A DNA stretch of 64,000 nucleotides from Sulfolobales archaeon HS-7 (GTDB lineage: Archaea > Thermoproteota > Thermoprotei_A > Sulfolobales > Sulfolobaceae), in contig AP024596.1 in assembly GCA_019704295.1 (NCBI GenBank), positions 1,344,001-1,408,000 of the forward strand, read 5' to 3'. Made by a program: the position numbers and the translations under genes. This document shows, piece after piece, positions 50,948 to 61,519 of the stretch. The notes under the pieces were generated by a model that saw nothing but the letters and a program-made list of their open reading frames with translations, did not search any database and was not told where the DNA came from. Each line of letters opens with the position of its first letter. Within the stretch, counting starts at the first letter, position 1.

Positions 50948-51244
50948 ATGAACGGGGAAATAAGATATAAAAACTTTAACTTCGACTCAACAGGTAAATT
51001 GACTACGATCAGGGAGCAGATTAATAAAATATTATGGTCTGAGAAAGACAAGCTAGGCTTTAAACTAGTTGTAATAGATAGGAAAGCAGCTGAATCCACT
51101 TCACTTATAGACTTTTCCGTAATCGACCAAGTCGATCGGCATTACATATATCTAACTGATGGAAATGTCATACCCCTCCATAGGGTAATCGAAATAAGAA
51201 GGGGTGAAAGTCCTATCTGGAGGAGAAGATCAAATATTTATTGA
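50948..51244 (+). CDS. DUF504 (MJ1316-like, RNA-repair-associated) protein; true start may be TTG ~50999
   Basis: 'IREQINKILW...IDR...IPLHRVIEI...IWRR'. Confidence 0.75.
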   Translation: MNGEIRYKNFNFDSTGKLTTIREQINKILWSEKDKLGFKLVVIDRKAAESTSLIDFSVIDQVDRHYIYLTDGNVIPLHRVIEIRRGESPIWRRRSNIY

Positions 51245-51468
51245 AGAGTACATCAAAGAAGATGTCTCCTGCATAGTTGTTTACACTTACGAATTTTACG
51301 TAATTACTGCCCTTCTAAGGATTTAAATAATTGCTAATCCTTTAGTATTTTTAGTAATATTCTTAACTTATGATACTCTTCAAAACATTTACGTAATATT
51401 GCCCTTAAAAACAAGGGATGAACATACAAGTGGTTAACGTTAAATATAAAATATGTATGAGTATACAT

Positions 51469-52527
51469 ATGAATGCCAAGATACTTTATATAGGAGTCCT
51501 TTTGCTCATAGTTGTTGTAGGAATTTTCGTGTATTTTGAGTTTTTGGGACATCATACAGTCACACCTACACATACTCAAGTACCGCTGAATGAAACGTTT
51601 TCAGGACCCCTTACGATCTACGTCGCGGATGCATATACCCAAGAGGCAAGTTTCTTACTCAATGCGTCGGGAATACCGGGAGTGGTAAAGGGAGGAGGCT
51701 CATACTCATTGGCTAGGGAAATCTCTCAGGGAGTACCTGTAAGCGTTTTCATGCCTGTAGCTTCCTCAGCTGCACAGGAGAACTTCCTAGGGGAGCAATA
51801 CCCCGGATGGGTAATAGCCTTTGTAGAAGATCAACTTGTTATAGCCTACTCAAATGCCACCTTGAAGAACCCTACTGCAATGAACATCGTAACACTGTTT
51901 TCTCAGGCGCTCAAGACGAACTCGTCAAAGCTTTACTATTACGCTTTTTCGAACCTCACCAGCGGTAAGGTTAAGATAGGTATATCTGATCCGGCCAGTG
52001 ATCCCGCTGGGGGAAGGGCGTTAGTTGCCTTTGAAATAGCAGGCTACCTTTACGCAAATCACTCCACTAATTACTTTATAAACAACATGATTAAGAACCA
52101 AGCAAATGTAACCGCGTCAAATGCAGCAGAGTTAGTTTCTCCTCTTGAATCAGGCGATATACAATTCCTGTTTATATACAAATCAGCTGCGATAGCTAAG
52201 GGGTTGAATTACATTACACTACCTGCCTGGATCAATCAGGGAGATCAACAGTACTCCTCTTTCTACTCTCAATTTTACTACACGGTGGGCGTAAACAAGA
52301 TATACGGAGCCCCGATCTACTTATATGTAACTATTCCGAAATATCCACTTGACTATGAGGAGGCACTGAACTTCACAGTATTCGTAATAGAGCACGCAAG
52401 TTTGCTCTCGAAGTTCGGTCTTACCCCCCTTAGTCATCCGATACTCTTCGTATATAATAGCTCAGAAGTACCTGGGGAAATAAATAATTTAGTTCAGGAG
52501 GGAGTTCTGACAGAGCAACCAGCGTGA
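51469..52527 (+). CDS. Molybdate/tungstate/sulfate-type ABC substrate-binding protein
   Basis: N-terminal TM anchor, 'GGSYSLAREI', 'SDPASDPAG', 'LESGDIQFLFIYKSAA'. Confidence 0.8.
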   Translation: MNAKILYIGVLLLIVVVGIFVYFEFLGHHTVTPTHTQVPLNETFSGPLTIYVADAYTQEASFLLNASGIPGVVKGGGSYSLAREISQGVPVSVFMPVASSAAQENFLGEQYPGWVIAFVEDQLVIAYSNATLKNPTAMNIVTLFSQALKTNSSKLYYYAFSNLTSGKVKIGISDPASDPAGGRALVAFEIAGYLYANHSTNYFINNMIKNQANVTASNAAELVSPLESGDIQFLFIYKSAAIAKGLNYITLPAWINQGDQQYSSFYSQFYYTVGVNKIYGAPIYLYVTIPKYPLDYEEALNFTVFVIEHASLLSKFGLTPLSHPILFVYNSSEVPGEINNLVQEGVLTEQPA

Positions 52528-52847
52528 GGTTTGCGTTAAAGTAAAAAATGAGTTGATATATTCCGCGTAAAGCTATGTATTTCAATTTTGGAACCACTTA
52601 CGGAAAATGGGTGCCCTACTTACGTCAAATAGGAAAGCGTTAGAACTTAGTTTTACTATATATGAGCAGAAAGGATACAATTTACGATCTTTTTGTTAGA
52701 AAGCTTTGTTATATAACACTCCTATATCATGTGTTACAACATCTTAAAAAGATTGAATATTGCAATAAGAATATTAATTATATTAGGAACATATCTTATC
52801 TATAATTCTAACGCAACATTTTTATATTGAGAAAAAATTGAGTGTTT

Positions 52848-55781
52848 ATGAGATCATACGTAATTACAGTTTTATTTCTTTTTCTTATTTCGTTTATTTA
52901 CGTTCCTTCAATAATCCCTAGCGTAGCTGGATTTGCTCCATCGATGGTTTCAGGATACGCCTTTCCTCCTGCTCCCCCCGTGAAAAACGCGAGTGTAGTC
53001 AACCCCTATGAAGCCTATTCAAGCTATCCAGCTCCAATAGGCATATCTTTTCTAGGTCTAGGTCCAAATGGTCCATGTACTGTTCAAACGACACAAGTTA
53101 AGGGTGACGTTTTAGTTTGTGCTCTCCAGGGCATTAGTCATTATCCTAACGGACAGGTATCCGATTGGATAGACTTTCAATTAAACGCTGTCTTAACTTA
53201 CGTTCAGGGGGGAAATACGTATTCGCTATGGATCCAAGATATTGCTATTATTCATACAACGCAAACCGAGATTAGCTTTGATGACAACGTATGGAATTTC
53301 TCCGCTCGAGATGCTAATGTTTCAGGACTTTCTGGAAACGGGAAAATATGTCCAGATCAAAACGATCAAACTTACTATTACTATGAACCTGCAGGATATC
53401 CAGGCTCAAATTACGTTACTTCTACTCCTTACACAATTAAGTTAATGATGAACGTAACTACCAACTCTCTTAATGAACCCGTAATATGCTTCTGGTATAA
53501 CGATGGATTTGGATGGATAAAATATGACACCGTAACGGTGGATTCCCCAAACTCGAGTAACGTTTACATAACAATAACAGGAGAGAATTACACTCCTAGT
53601 GGATACTATTATGACCTGGAATTAGTTATGGCAGGAGGCAACGGTCTTTCATGCGGAGTCTTATCGCAAGCAGAAGCCTTTCTATCTCTTTATTATTATA
53701 ATGGACATAACTTCCAGGAACCGCTAAATACGTATAACTTCGGTGTAAATACGGGAGAAAGAGTAAAGAACGTTAATTCGGTTTCTTGTTATTATCTTAA
53801 TACAGGATGTCTAGTAGCGGGAGTTTTTCTAGGGACAGGAAGTTTAGGGACGCTCTACACTCAAAATCAAGTATCTGAAATAAAGGTACATACTGGTTTC
53901 TCCGAGGGGGATTTAATTGCTTATAACTCCTCACTACCATTAGATAACGCTACGAGTTTATCGGCAATTCCCTATCAGGGAGGTTGTGCTATTCTAGTTC
54001 TTGAACCTATGAGTTACGGTTTCCTCTCCTATGAGTCTGGATCTCTACAGGGAGAAGCGGAGTTAAACGCAAAGCCGGGAGGGGATTACACTATAACCAC
54101 GCCAACGTTTTCCGTAACCGCCTCAACAACCTCCCTCCTCGTTGACCAGGGAACTCAGGGTGAAGTTACGTTAAACGTAGTTGCTTGTGGAGACGTTCAG
54201 ATACAGGTTAGTTCGTCCTTAACAACGAACTTACCGAGTAGTGTTCAAGTAAATGGGGAAACGGAACTAAATCTCGTCATACCTCCTAACACTCCTCTAG
54301 GAAATTACGTAATAACCGTAACGTTAACCCTTCTGCCAGGATTGTCGAAAACGATAGAAATTGACGTTTTAGTTGTGTTACCTAAGATAACTGTAACAGT
54401 GTCAGCTAATTTAGTTGGTAATTCACCATCGTCTCCGCTCAGCGTACTTTTCACTTTCCCTAACGGCACCACTGAAAGCGTTCCCGTTGATACTACCGTA
54501 ACAGTTCCCTCCGGGACGGAATACCAGTTCCTGAATTTGACAATGGGTAACGAAAGGTGGGTAACGCTTGTTTGTTCGGGCGTCCTGGAGTCCTCAGGTA
54601 CTATTACCGCGACATATTACGAGCAGTTCGTCACCACTTTTTCCTACTCAGTACAGGGAGGTCAAGGTTACGGGCAACCTTTCATTGTAGTGTGTTACTT
54701 CGGTTCGCAGGAGAGCGTATCCCCAGGAAGTTACTGGGTGGACGCGTTTTCCAGTTACCACTATCCGAGAGAGCTTCCCGGTTCGGGGAATCAAGAGAGG
54801 TGGATTACCTCTTCGACGCAGGGTGAGGTAAACACGCCGGGACTAACGGTTTCCCCTTACTACGTTAACGAATACTACTTAACCGTTCCCGTGATAATAA
54901 ACGCAACCGTAAACTCAACTTCCACTGAGCTTACCTCTGGGTGGTTTGTACAAGGTACTACCATTCATGTAGACAATAACACTATTTACCTTTCCAAAGT
55001 GGAGAGGGAAGTGATAACTTCCGTAAGCACCGGACTCGACTTTACAGTGGATCAACCCCTAACAGTTCAAGTAAAGACTCTAACTCAGTTTTTGGTTACG
55101 GTCAATTCCCCGATACCTGTGAGAGCTCTGATTAACGGTACCAATACAACCCTCCTTTCGGGTTGGTATAACGCAAACACCACTTTTCACGTACTCAACC
55201 TAACTTACTCCCCCTCCACAGGTACGAGGTACGTTATACTCTCAGCAAAGCCCCTTGAGTTCGTTCTGGATAACGGCGTTAACGTTACAGTTACATACCA
55301 AAAGCAGGAGTACCTAACCGTTAATTCTCCGATTCCCTTAAAGGGGTACTTCAACTCCACCTCATTTAACGTAACGTCAGGATGGTATCCCTATGATTCC
55401 TCAATAACAGTTGCAAACAACACTTACTACGTCAACAACGAAACTAGGTGTGTAATAACCTCCGTAACTCCGGAGACCTTTACCCTCACCTCACCCCAAG
55501 TGCTAACGGTAAATACGGTTAAGCAGTTCCTAACGGATGTAAACGGGGTAAAGAGCTGGGTGAATCAGGGTACGCAGATCAGGTTAACCGCATCCATCCC
55601 AATATACGAAGTTGGAAAGTACGTGGGAACGTATAACGTCTCAGTTAACTCGGTGATAACGGTTAACTCTCCCCTGACGGAAACCCTTGTTTTATCCCCG
55701 AACTTCGCGTTCTACGGAATAGTTGGGGCAATAGTAGCTGCAATAGCGGGTGTAGTAATCTACTTTGAGAGAAAAAGGTAA
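52848..55781 (+). CDS. Thermopsin-family (A5) protease with C-terminal beta-repeat extension and TM anchor
   Basis: 'PAPIGI', 'FQLNAVL', 'WIQD', 'DNVWN', 'DLELVMAG', 'YNFGVNTGE'. Confidence 0.88.
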   Translation: MRSYVITVLFLFLISFIYVPSIIPSVAGFAPSMVSGYAFPPAPPVKNASVVNPYEAYSSYPAPIGISFLGLGPNGPCTVQTTQVKGDVLVCALQGISHYPNGQVSDWIDFQLNAVLTYVQGGNTYSLWIQDIAIIHTTQTEISFDDNVWNFSARDANVSGLSGNGKICPDQNDQTYYYYEPAGYPGSNYVTSTPYTIKLMMNVTTNSLNEPVICFWYNDGFGWIKYDTVTVDSPNSSNVYITITGENYTPSGYYYDLELVMAGGNGLSCGVLSQAEAFLSLYYYNGHNFQEPLNTYNFGVNTGERVKNVNSVSCYYLNTGCLVAGVFLGTGSLGTLYTQNQVSEIKVHTGFSEGDLIAYNSSLPLDNATSLSAIPYQGGCAILVLEPMSYGFLSYESGSLQGEAELNAKPGGDYTITTPTFSVTASTTSLLVDQGTQGEVTLNVVACGDVQIQVSSSLTTNLPSSVQVNGETELNLVIPPNTPLGNYVITVTLTLLPGLSKTIEIDVLVVLPKITVTVSANLVGNSPSSPLSVLFTFPNGTTESVPVDTTVTVPSGTEYQFLNLTMGNERWVTLVCSGVLESSGTITATYYEQFVTTFSYSVQGGQGYGQPFIVVCYFGSQESVSPGSYWVDAFSSYHYPRELPGSGNQERWITSSTQGEVNTPGLTVSPYYVNEYYLTVPVIINATVNSTSTELTSGWFVQGTTIHVDNNTIYLSKVEREVITSVSTGLDFTVDQPLTVQVKTLTQFLVTVNSPIPVRALINGTNTTLLSGWYNANTTFHVLNLTYSPSTGTRYVILSAKPLEFVLDNGVNVTVTYQKQEYLTVNSPIPLKGYFNSTSFNVTSGWYPYDSSITVANNTYYVNNETRCVITSVTPETFTLTSPQVLTVNTVKQFLTDVNGVKSWVNQGTQIRLTASIPIYEVGKYVGTYNVSVNSVITVNSPLTETLVLSPNFAFYGIVGAIVAAIAGVVIYFERKR

Positions 55782-56203
55782 ATCTGATTTTTGAGCTCGG
55801 ACTTGATACTGTAAAGTTACTTTTTTTCTTTGAATTAAGAGATTTACTTAGGAATGAGTGGACTTATTTTACGTGAATAAAGCTAATAGTTGTTAGGTTA
55901 TCTAATAGGAATTGAAAGCTTCCTACGACCCTATGCGGAATACACCGAATCTCTGGAAGTTAAGGGCAACACCTCAAAATTTAAGGAGGATCTCCCAAAA
56001 GGAGCGAATATTGTTAACTGTAAATACCGCAATGACGTAAAGCAAGTGACCGGATCTCCTTAATTTCTCTACTACTCCTGAATCCCCGTTTTATAAACCA
56101 ATCTTCTTACCTAAGCTTACCTTTTTAGAGGTGCGTTTTTGATTGCGCTTCTGTATCACACATCTGTCGAAAAAATATTTATACGGTAATTCTACCAATT
56201 CTT

Positions 56204-56542
56204 ATGCGGGGACTGAGGAGGGAGAAATACATCGCCAACAACTGGAGAAAAGTAGCGTTGCAGGTTGTCGAGATAGCAAAGAGATACGGGAATTTGACTA
56301 AGGCCGTAGTGTTTGGCGACGTACCGCTCAACAGCATAGGCCCTTATTCAACCATAGATATCTTGTTGATTTTCGATGAACCGTGTTATAAAATAACTCT
56401 ATGGGATATAAAAATAGCAAGCGAGTTAGGAGACAAATCGGACCTCGTGGATATCAAGGTAATTAGCAAAGATAATGAGGAAAATTACCTTAAGCTTATC
56501 AAGGACTATATTGTAGTGTATCCCAGTGTTCTTATTTCGTGA
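56204..56542 (+). CDS. Minimal nucleotidyltransferase (MNT)-fold protein with degenerate active site
   Basis: 'NWRKVA...VVFGD...STIDILLI' compared with canonical 'VFGS...SDID'. Confidence 0.6.
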   Translation: MRGLRREKYIANNWRKVALQVVEIAKRYGNLTKAVVFGDVPLNSIGPYSTIDILLIFDEPCYKITLWDIKIASELGDKSDLVDIKVISKDNEENYLKLIKDYIVVYPSVLIS

Positions 56543-56639
56543 TTCCAAACGCATGTTACAACATGCAAAGTCATACTTGGTTAGGCGGTAAAGATCAAGG
56601 TAGTGCAGTATATGGAATTAGATTGTCTGAGTATATGAT

Positions 56640-56945
56640 TTACTGTTTAACGAAATAAAGTGCGCTATCCACTGTCTCATGTTTATCCTTGACCTTCAGT
56701 GCCTGATTAAGTTTAATTAAGTCGGTGTTTTTATTATCGTGTATTTCTATTCCGTTTACAATTATGTAATCGATTTCTTCAATTCTCACCCGGACTTCCT
56801 GAATAATTACGTTTTCCGGAATTTTACATATCTCACCTGAAATACCTAAATGTTCGTAAATTACCCTTAATGCTCTGGTTACCTCCGGGACAATTACGTT
56901 ATCAGTTATTGCATATATTTTCCCCTTATAAATCTCCTTAACCAT
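56640..56945 (-). CDS. Hypothetical protein
   Basis: 101-aa ORF with ATG start and host-like codons. Confidence 0.5.
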   Translation of the reverse strand: MVKEIYKGKIYAITDNVIVPEVTRALRVIYEHLGISGEICKIPENVIIQEVRVRIEEIDYIIVNGIEIHDNKNTDLIKLNQALKVKDKHETVDSALYFVKQ

Positions 56946-57255
56946 TTACTAGTAGTAGTCTCTATATTTTGATTAATTTTTGTAAAAGAAAATGTTTCAG
57001 TTCATAAAGTATATTACTTGTAGGCTTTCCCCGTACTTCAAAACTAAGTACTCTTTCACAAGTCCTCTTCCTTATGAGAAAATTCCCTCCCCCTCCCTTC
57101 GAACTTCTTGCCTGTAACTCATGAAAAGTAATTAGAATTACATAACTGTTATACTCCTTAAGGGGTCAATAAGAACTCATAACACTCTCTGAAAGCGTTA
57201 AAATTATTGCAACTCCCTTAAAAACATCGTTGATGAGGTTTTAATGGTTATCAAG

Positions 57256-58515
57256 TTAATCCTCAAGAACTTGAGAGGTTATTATGACAACTCCTTCTCC
57301 CTCAAGTTGTTCTTTCACGTCTTTCCTGACGTAGTTTGCAACTAAGAATAGCTTTAGAGGTTTGGAATACAGAGCGGAGAAGAGCTTTTTTCTATTGAAA
57401 ATTTGCTCTACTGCACCTTCATCCGCTAAGTTCTTTATTTCGAACACGTATACATAATCGTTAGTTTCGTAAAAGTCTACTTCAAATGACCTCCCCTTTT
57501 CTATTACTCCAACTGTGTCTATTACCTTTCCATGTTGCACCTTTTCGGGGTTAACCCCATGTAGTTCCAGTGCTTTCTTATAAAGTGAGAGCATTGTCCT
57601 CTCCATGTTCAAACCGGCTCTATTAGTGAAGCTTCCGATTTCCGTTGATAGCTTTCTTTGTTCCCAAACCAGCTCCTCTACTGCCTTTTGCAAGGAAGCG
57701 ATGGCCTCACTGTGCTTCTCTATGACCACGGAGTGCTGTTCAACCGTTCTCTGTAAGTTAGTCATTTCCCTTGTGAGGTTCTCGATAGCTACTGAGTGCT
57801 GTTCCACGGACTTTTGCAAGGAAGCGATGGCCTCACTGTGCTTCTCTATGACCACGGAGTGCTGTTCAACCGTTCTCTGTAAGTTAGTCATTTCCCTTGT
57901 GAGGTTCTCGATAGCTACTGAGTGCTGTTCAACCGTTCTCTGTAAGTTAGTCATTTCCCTTGTGAGGTTCTCGATAGCTACTGAGTGCTGTTCCACGGAC
58001 TTTTGCAAGGAAGCGATGGCCTCACTGTGCTTCTCTATGACCACGGAGTGCTGTTCAACCGTTCTCTGTAAGTTAGTCATTTCCCTTGTGAGGTTCTCGA
58101 TAGCTACTGAGTGCTGTTCCACGGACTTTTGCAAGGAAGCGATGGCCTCACTGTGCTTCTCTATGACCACGGAGTGCTGTTCAACCGTTCTCTGTAAGTT
58201 AGTCATTTCCCTTGTGAGGTTCTCGATAGCTACTGAGTGCTGTTCCACGGACTTTTGCAAGGAAGCGATGGCCTCACTGTGCTTCTCTATGACCACGGAG
58301 TGCTGTTCAACCGTTCTCTGTAAGCTTGATAAACTATCCTTAACCTCCTTCATGAATTCTCGAACAGTGTGCTCTAAGCTTATTATCGCTTGAGAGTTCT
58401 CCTCCAGTTTCTTAATTACTACTTCATCCTTTATCTTGTCCTTAACTCTATCCGCTATTATTTCAATTAATTCCGGGTTGTTAATTATCTGCCTAGTAAC
58501 GTCATTAGCTCCCAT
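57256..58515 (-). CDS. Heptad coiled-coil plus PD-(D/E)XK nuclease-fold protein (DUF3782-like architecture)
   Basis: 'IINNPELI' N-terminus, long heptad stalk, 'FEVDFY...FEIKN' motif. Confidence 0.85.
   Translation of the reverse strand: MGANDVTRQIINNPELIEIIADRVKDKIKDEVVIKKLEENSQAIISLEHTVREFMKEVKDSLSSLQRTVEQHSVVIEKHSEAIASLQKSVEQHSVAIENLTREMTNLQRTVEQHSVVIEKHSEAIASLQKSVEQHSVAIENLTREMTNLQRTVEQHSVVIEKHSEAIASLQKSVEQHSVAIENLTREMTNLQRTVEQHSVAIENLTREMTNLQRTVEQHSVVIEKHSEAIASLQKSVEQHSVAIENLTREMTNLQRTVEQHSVVIEKHSEAIASLQKAVEELVWEQRKLSTEIGSFTNRAGLNMERTMLSLYKKALELHGVNPEKVQHGKVIDTVGVIEKGRSFEVDFYETNDYVYVFEIKNLADEGAVEQIFNRKKLFSALYSKPLKLFLVANYVRKDVKEQLEGEGVVIITSQVLED
57688..58317 (-). repeat. Ten 63-bp tandem units in order A-B-A-B-A-B-C-A-B-A, where C is an A/B hybrid
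   Basis: A=RTVEQHSVVIEKHSEAIASLQ, B=KSVEQHSVAIENLTREMTNLQ, C (57877-57939)=RTVEQHS+VAIENLTREMTNLQ; copies identical at DNA level. Confidence 0.95.
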
Positions 58516-59447
58516 ATAAGAATATTCTTACGACTAAATAATATATTTTCTTTAAGCTGTCCGAGAGTATTTACTATGTTTAATCCCGATTTCCTACTGT
58601 GAATATCGTGATATTCCTCGATTTCTATCCAGGGAGAAGGCGCTCGTCGTATCCCTCCTATTGAAGCAATTAATAATACTTTAATTTTACGTGAATTGCC
58701 TCAAAACCTTTTATAATAATTTTGTTGAAGTTAAAAGGCTCAAGCTACTTTAAACTAAGTGTTACTAAATCCTGGGGCGATTCAGATTTGCATTATGAAT
58801 TGTAATTATAGCGGACTGCAATTAAATATGGGAAATTGTTAAGTGCGAATCTCTACATAGTCCATACGATTGGATTTAATTAAATTTATTCTATCTTTGT
58901 AAATAAACTAAATTCGCTATGAACGCGTGAATGGCCCAAATCCCGTAAACTTGGGGGCCACGTTATCATCGTAGGAGGATAGAGTATACAAGGTTTAGTA
59001 TTTATTACCAGAATTGATAACCTCCGTCCTAAAACAGTCCTCATAAAGAGCTACCTCGTCCTTATTAGCCAAGCTTTCCGCAATCGTCCCGCATTTTAGA
59101 GGACTTCTTAGGGGCAGTTTGAAACTCGCATTAAACTTAATGTTGGTGTTCCACTCCGGATTACTTCACAAAGTAGTGCTTACTACACTACCCTAACTTT
59201 AAAGTGACGACGGCGCTTACTCATTTGTGAGTTAATTCCTACAGACTATTTTAATGTAAATAGACATATAGGCTACCTCACTAGCTCTCCTTTTGTCAAT
59301 CGGTATTACGACATTAGCACTACGACTCCCTTGTGCTATGGTGTATCCGGGAGGATAGTTTTAAATGGAATGGATAAAACGTTTTCATAATGGAGTACAT
59401 GAGGCACGGAAGTAAAGTAGCGTGTATGAGCGAATCCCCGGAGGTAA

Positions 59448-60317
59448 ATGAAACTCTGGACGGGTGTAGAGCTTACGGACAATTCGTCTCGTAATTTGTC
59501 TAAACTACCTTCGAATAAGGTTCTGCTTTTATACTGGATAGCCTTCGTTATAACCCTAATTTCCTTCTTTTTCTCCTCCAGTCCAACGTTGTTAGCCGAA
59601 GCAGTTCATTCCATGACAGATGCCGTAGTTATTACGATAACGTTTTACGCCCTAACACTTGTAAATAATAGAGATCCATTCTACACTTACGGAATGCATA
59701 GGCTTGAGACGCTAAGTTCAGTGGTGAATATAGGGACTGTTATCCTTGGGAGTATGGCTTCCTTAGCTCTTTCCGTTTCTTTTCTCCTGAACCACATACC
59801 TGATAATCCAGAAGTATTAACGGCAATCTCGTCAGCGGATCTGCTCCTCTCAATATACGCCGTAAGGAATTCCGGAGAGGTAGGAGGGGTAAAGGTCCAT
59901 TCCATCTTAGATAGTACGACGTACACCATGGGGATAGGAGCGGGATTGCTCGTTCTTCTAACTCACGATGTTATCATTGACCCCCTGATGTCTTTCGCAG
60001 TGATTGGAGTCGTGATACTACAGTCGATCTCTCAATTAAGGGATTCGTTTTCAACGCTTATGGAAAGATCTCCCGTTGATGTGAACGACGTAACTTCGGA
60101 ATTGCTATTGATATTCCCAAACGTACACGACGTACACGTATGGAACATATGCTCGCATATGAGAATAGCAACGTGTCACATAATTGAAGACCCTAATCTA
60201 ACGTTAGGGGAACTTGATACGTTGAGAAAAAGAGCTGAAGCCGTGCTGAGAGAGAAGTTCGGAATAGGTCACGTAACAATACAATTCGAGTCGAAGCAAA
60301 ATGAGGAGGACTATTAA
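59448..60317 (+). CDS. Cation diffusion facilitator (CzcD/ZitB-like); start uncertain (ATG 59448 or TTG 59496)
   Basis: 'AEAVHSMTD', 'YTYGMHRLE', 'HSILD', 'VHDVHVW', 'HVTIQFE'. Confidence 0.9.
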   Translation: MKLWTGVELTDNSSRNLSKLPSNKVLLLYWIAFVITLISFFFSSSPTLLAEAVHSMTDAVVITITFYALTLVNNRDPFYTYGMHRLETLSSVVNIGTVILGSMASLALSVSFLLNHIPDNPEVLTAISSADLLLSIYAVRNSGEVGGVKVHSILDSTTYTMGIGAGLLVLLTHDVIIDPLMSFAVIGVVILQSISQLRDSFSTLMERSPVDVNDVTSELLLIFPNVHDVHVWNICSHMRIATCHIIEDPNLTLGELDTLRKRAEAVLREKFGIGHVTIQFESKQNEEDY

Positions 60318-60721
60318 ACGATGTCACCCCCACGAGCTTATCTATTCCTTGAACTACGCAGGCTTTCTCCTAGTTGTTTTCAGGGATTTTAGCATTGCTT
60401 GAAAAGTTTCATAAAGTAGGTTATTTTTCCAGGACGATCAACTTTATTCTCCTCCTGAGGTGATGATCTAGAACCTTGGTCACCCTTATCTTTAATGGAA
60501 TAGGTCCTTGCATTTCGAAACCGGTTTAATCTGTCGTCCTAAGAACCTTTTTATGTCCCAGTGCCTTATTCACCCCTACAAAGACGTTGTGTTCTCACCG
60601 TAACTAGTTACTTTCCACGGGTCGCACATCGGGGTACATTACCCCTCCCGCATTTCTCTCTTTACGATCCCAAGTGTTATCTCTCTTCCCCTATTTACAC
60701 CGCAAGTGAGACGTTATATAC

Positions 60722-61280
60722 TTGCGCGTAGATTTGGAAAACTTTGATAATCTTCTACATTCCCTTATCGCGCGGTATCCCTTTACCCATGACATAAACG
60801 AACTATTGAGTTCTTCAAAATGTAAAACCCGAATTGCTAGAATTGGAGGACTAGGAATTGATAGCGCTGCTAAAACTATCCTATGGATCAAGACATTTTA
60901 CGAATTCTCCTCATGGAGATGCAGATAATTAGTTTGGTAAAACAATTTTCAGAGGTATAGTCCTTAGCAGCAAAAATAGAGTATTTCAATAAAGGATTTA
61001 CGCTTATGAGATCTGCTCATCGCTGAAGAGGGTACTAGAACACGTAACGATAGTAGTCTTCGGTGCTGTAATCAGCGGGATTTACGTTCTTTAAGCGATA
61101 TAGACGTTCTAATTGAAAGGGATAAGGTTGGGGATTTGTCTGGCAAGCTGAAATGAATCTTTATATATTTTCTAAACTTAAAAGCGGTGTGACTCCTTTC
61201 GAATTTCATTATTCCAACTGAGAAGATTATGAGGATTTTTATAAAGAGTTTTTCAATCTTTGGGTTGAAATCAGATGTTA
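60722..61280 (+). pseudogene. Decayed HEPN-MNT toxin-antitoxin pair
   Basis: HEPN-like 'YPFTHDINELL' (~60776-60808), then frameshifted MNT 'AYEICSSLKRVLEHVTIVVFGAVISG / SLSDIDVLIE / TPFEFH'. Confidence 0.7.
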
Positions 61281-61519
61281 TTTAAGGAGTACTTCAATAC
61301 TACTATTGAAACGCTATTGTAAATGATCGTAAGCATAAAAGCACCTAGTTCTCGTTACAAAACCTCATCCCGTTAAAATTGGCATTCCTTTCAACCTAAG
61401 TACTCATGATAGACTTTATGAGAGAATCGGTGAAATCTAAGTAGACCTAGAAAACCTGTGACCTAACACGCCCTTACTGGTAGACCCAAAATCGTTTTAT
61501 AAAAAATAATTCTGACTGG

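Noticed and set aside
57605-58393. 262-aa Cys-rich antisense ORF
   Set aside because: Shadow of the 63-bp tandem repeat
58920-59160. Near-open - strand frame with one stop
   Set aside because: May be a pseudogene, but no family recognisable
60600-60660. GGGGTA-CAT-TACCCC hairpin, considered as a second tnpB/omegaRNA end
   Set aside because: No recognisable left or right end; a single 6-bp stem is not enough
61111-61119. AATTGAAAG, CRISPR tag-like sequence
   Set aside because: Explained by codons of the MNT pseudogene (LIER)
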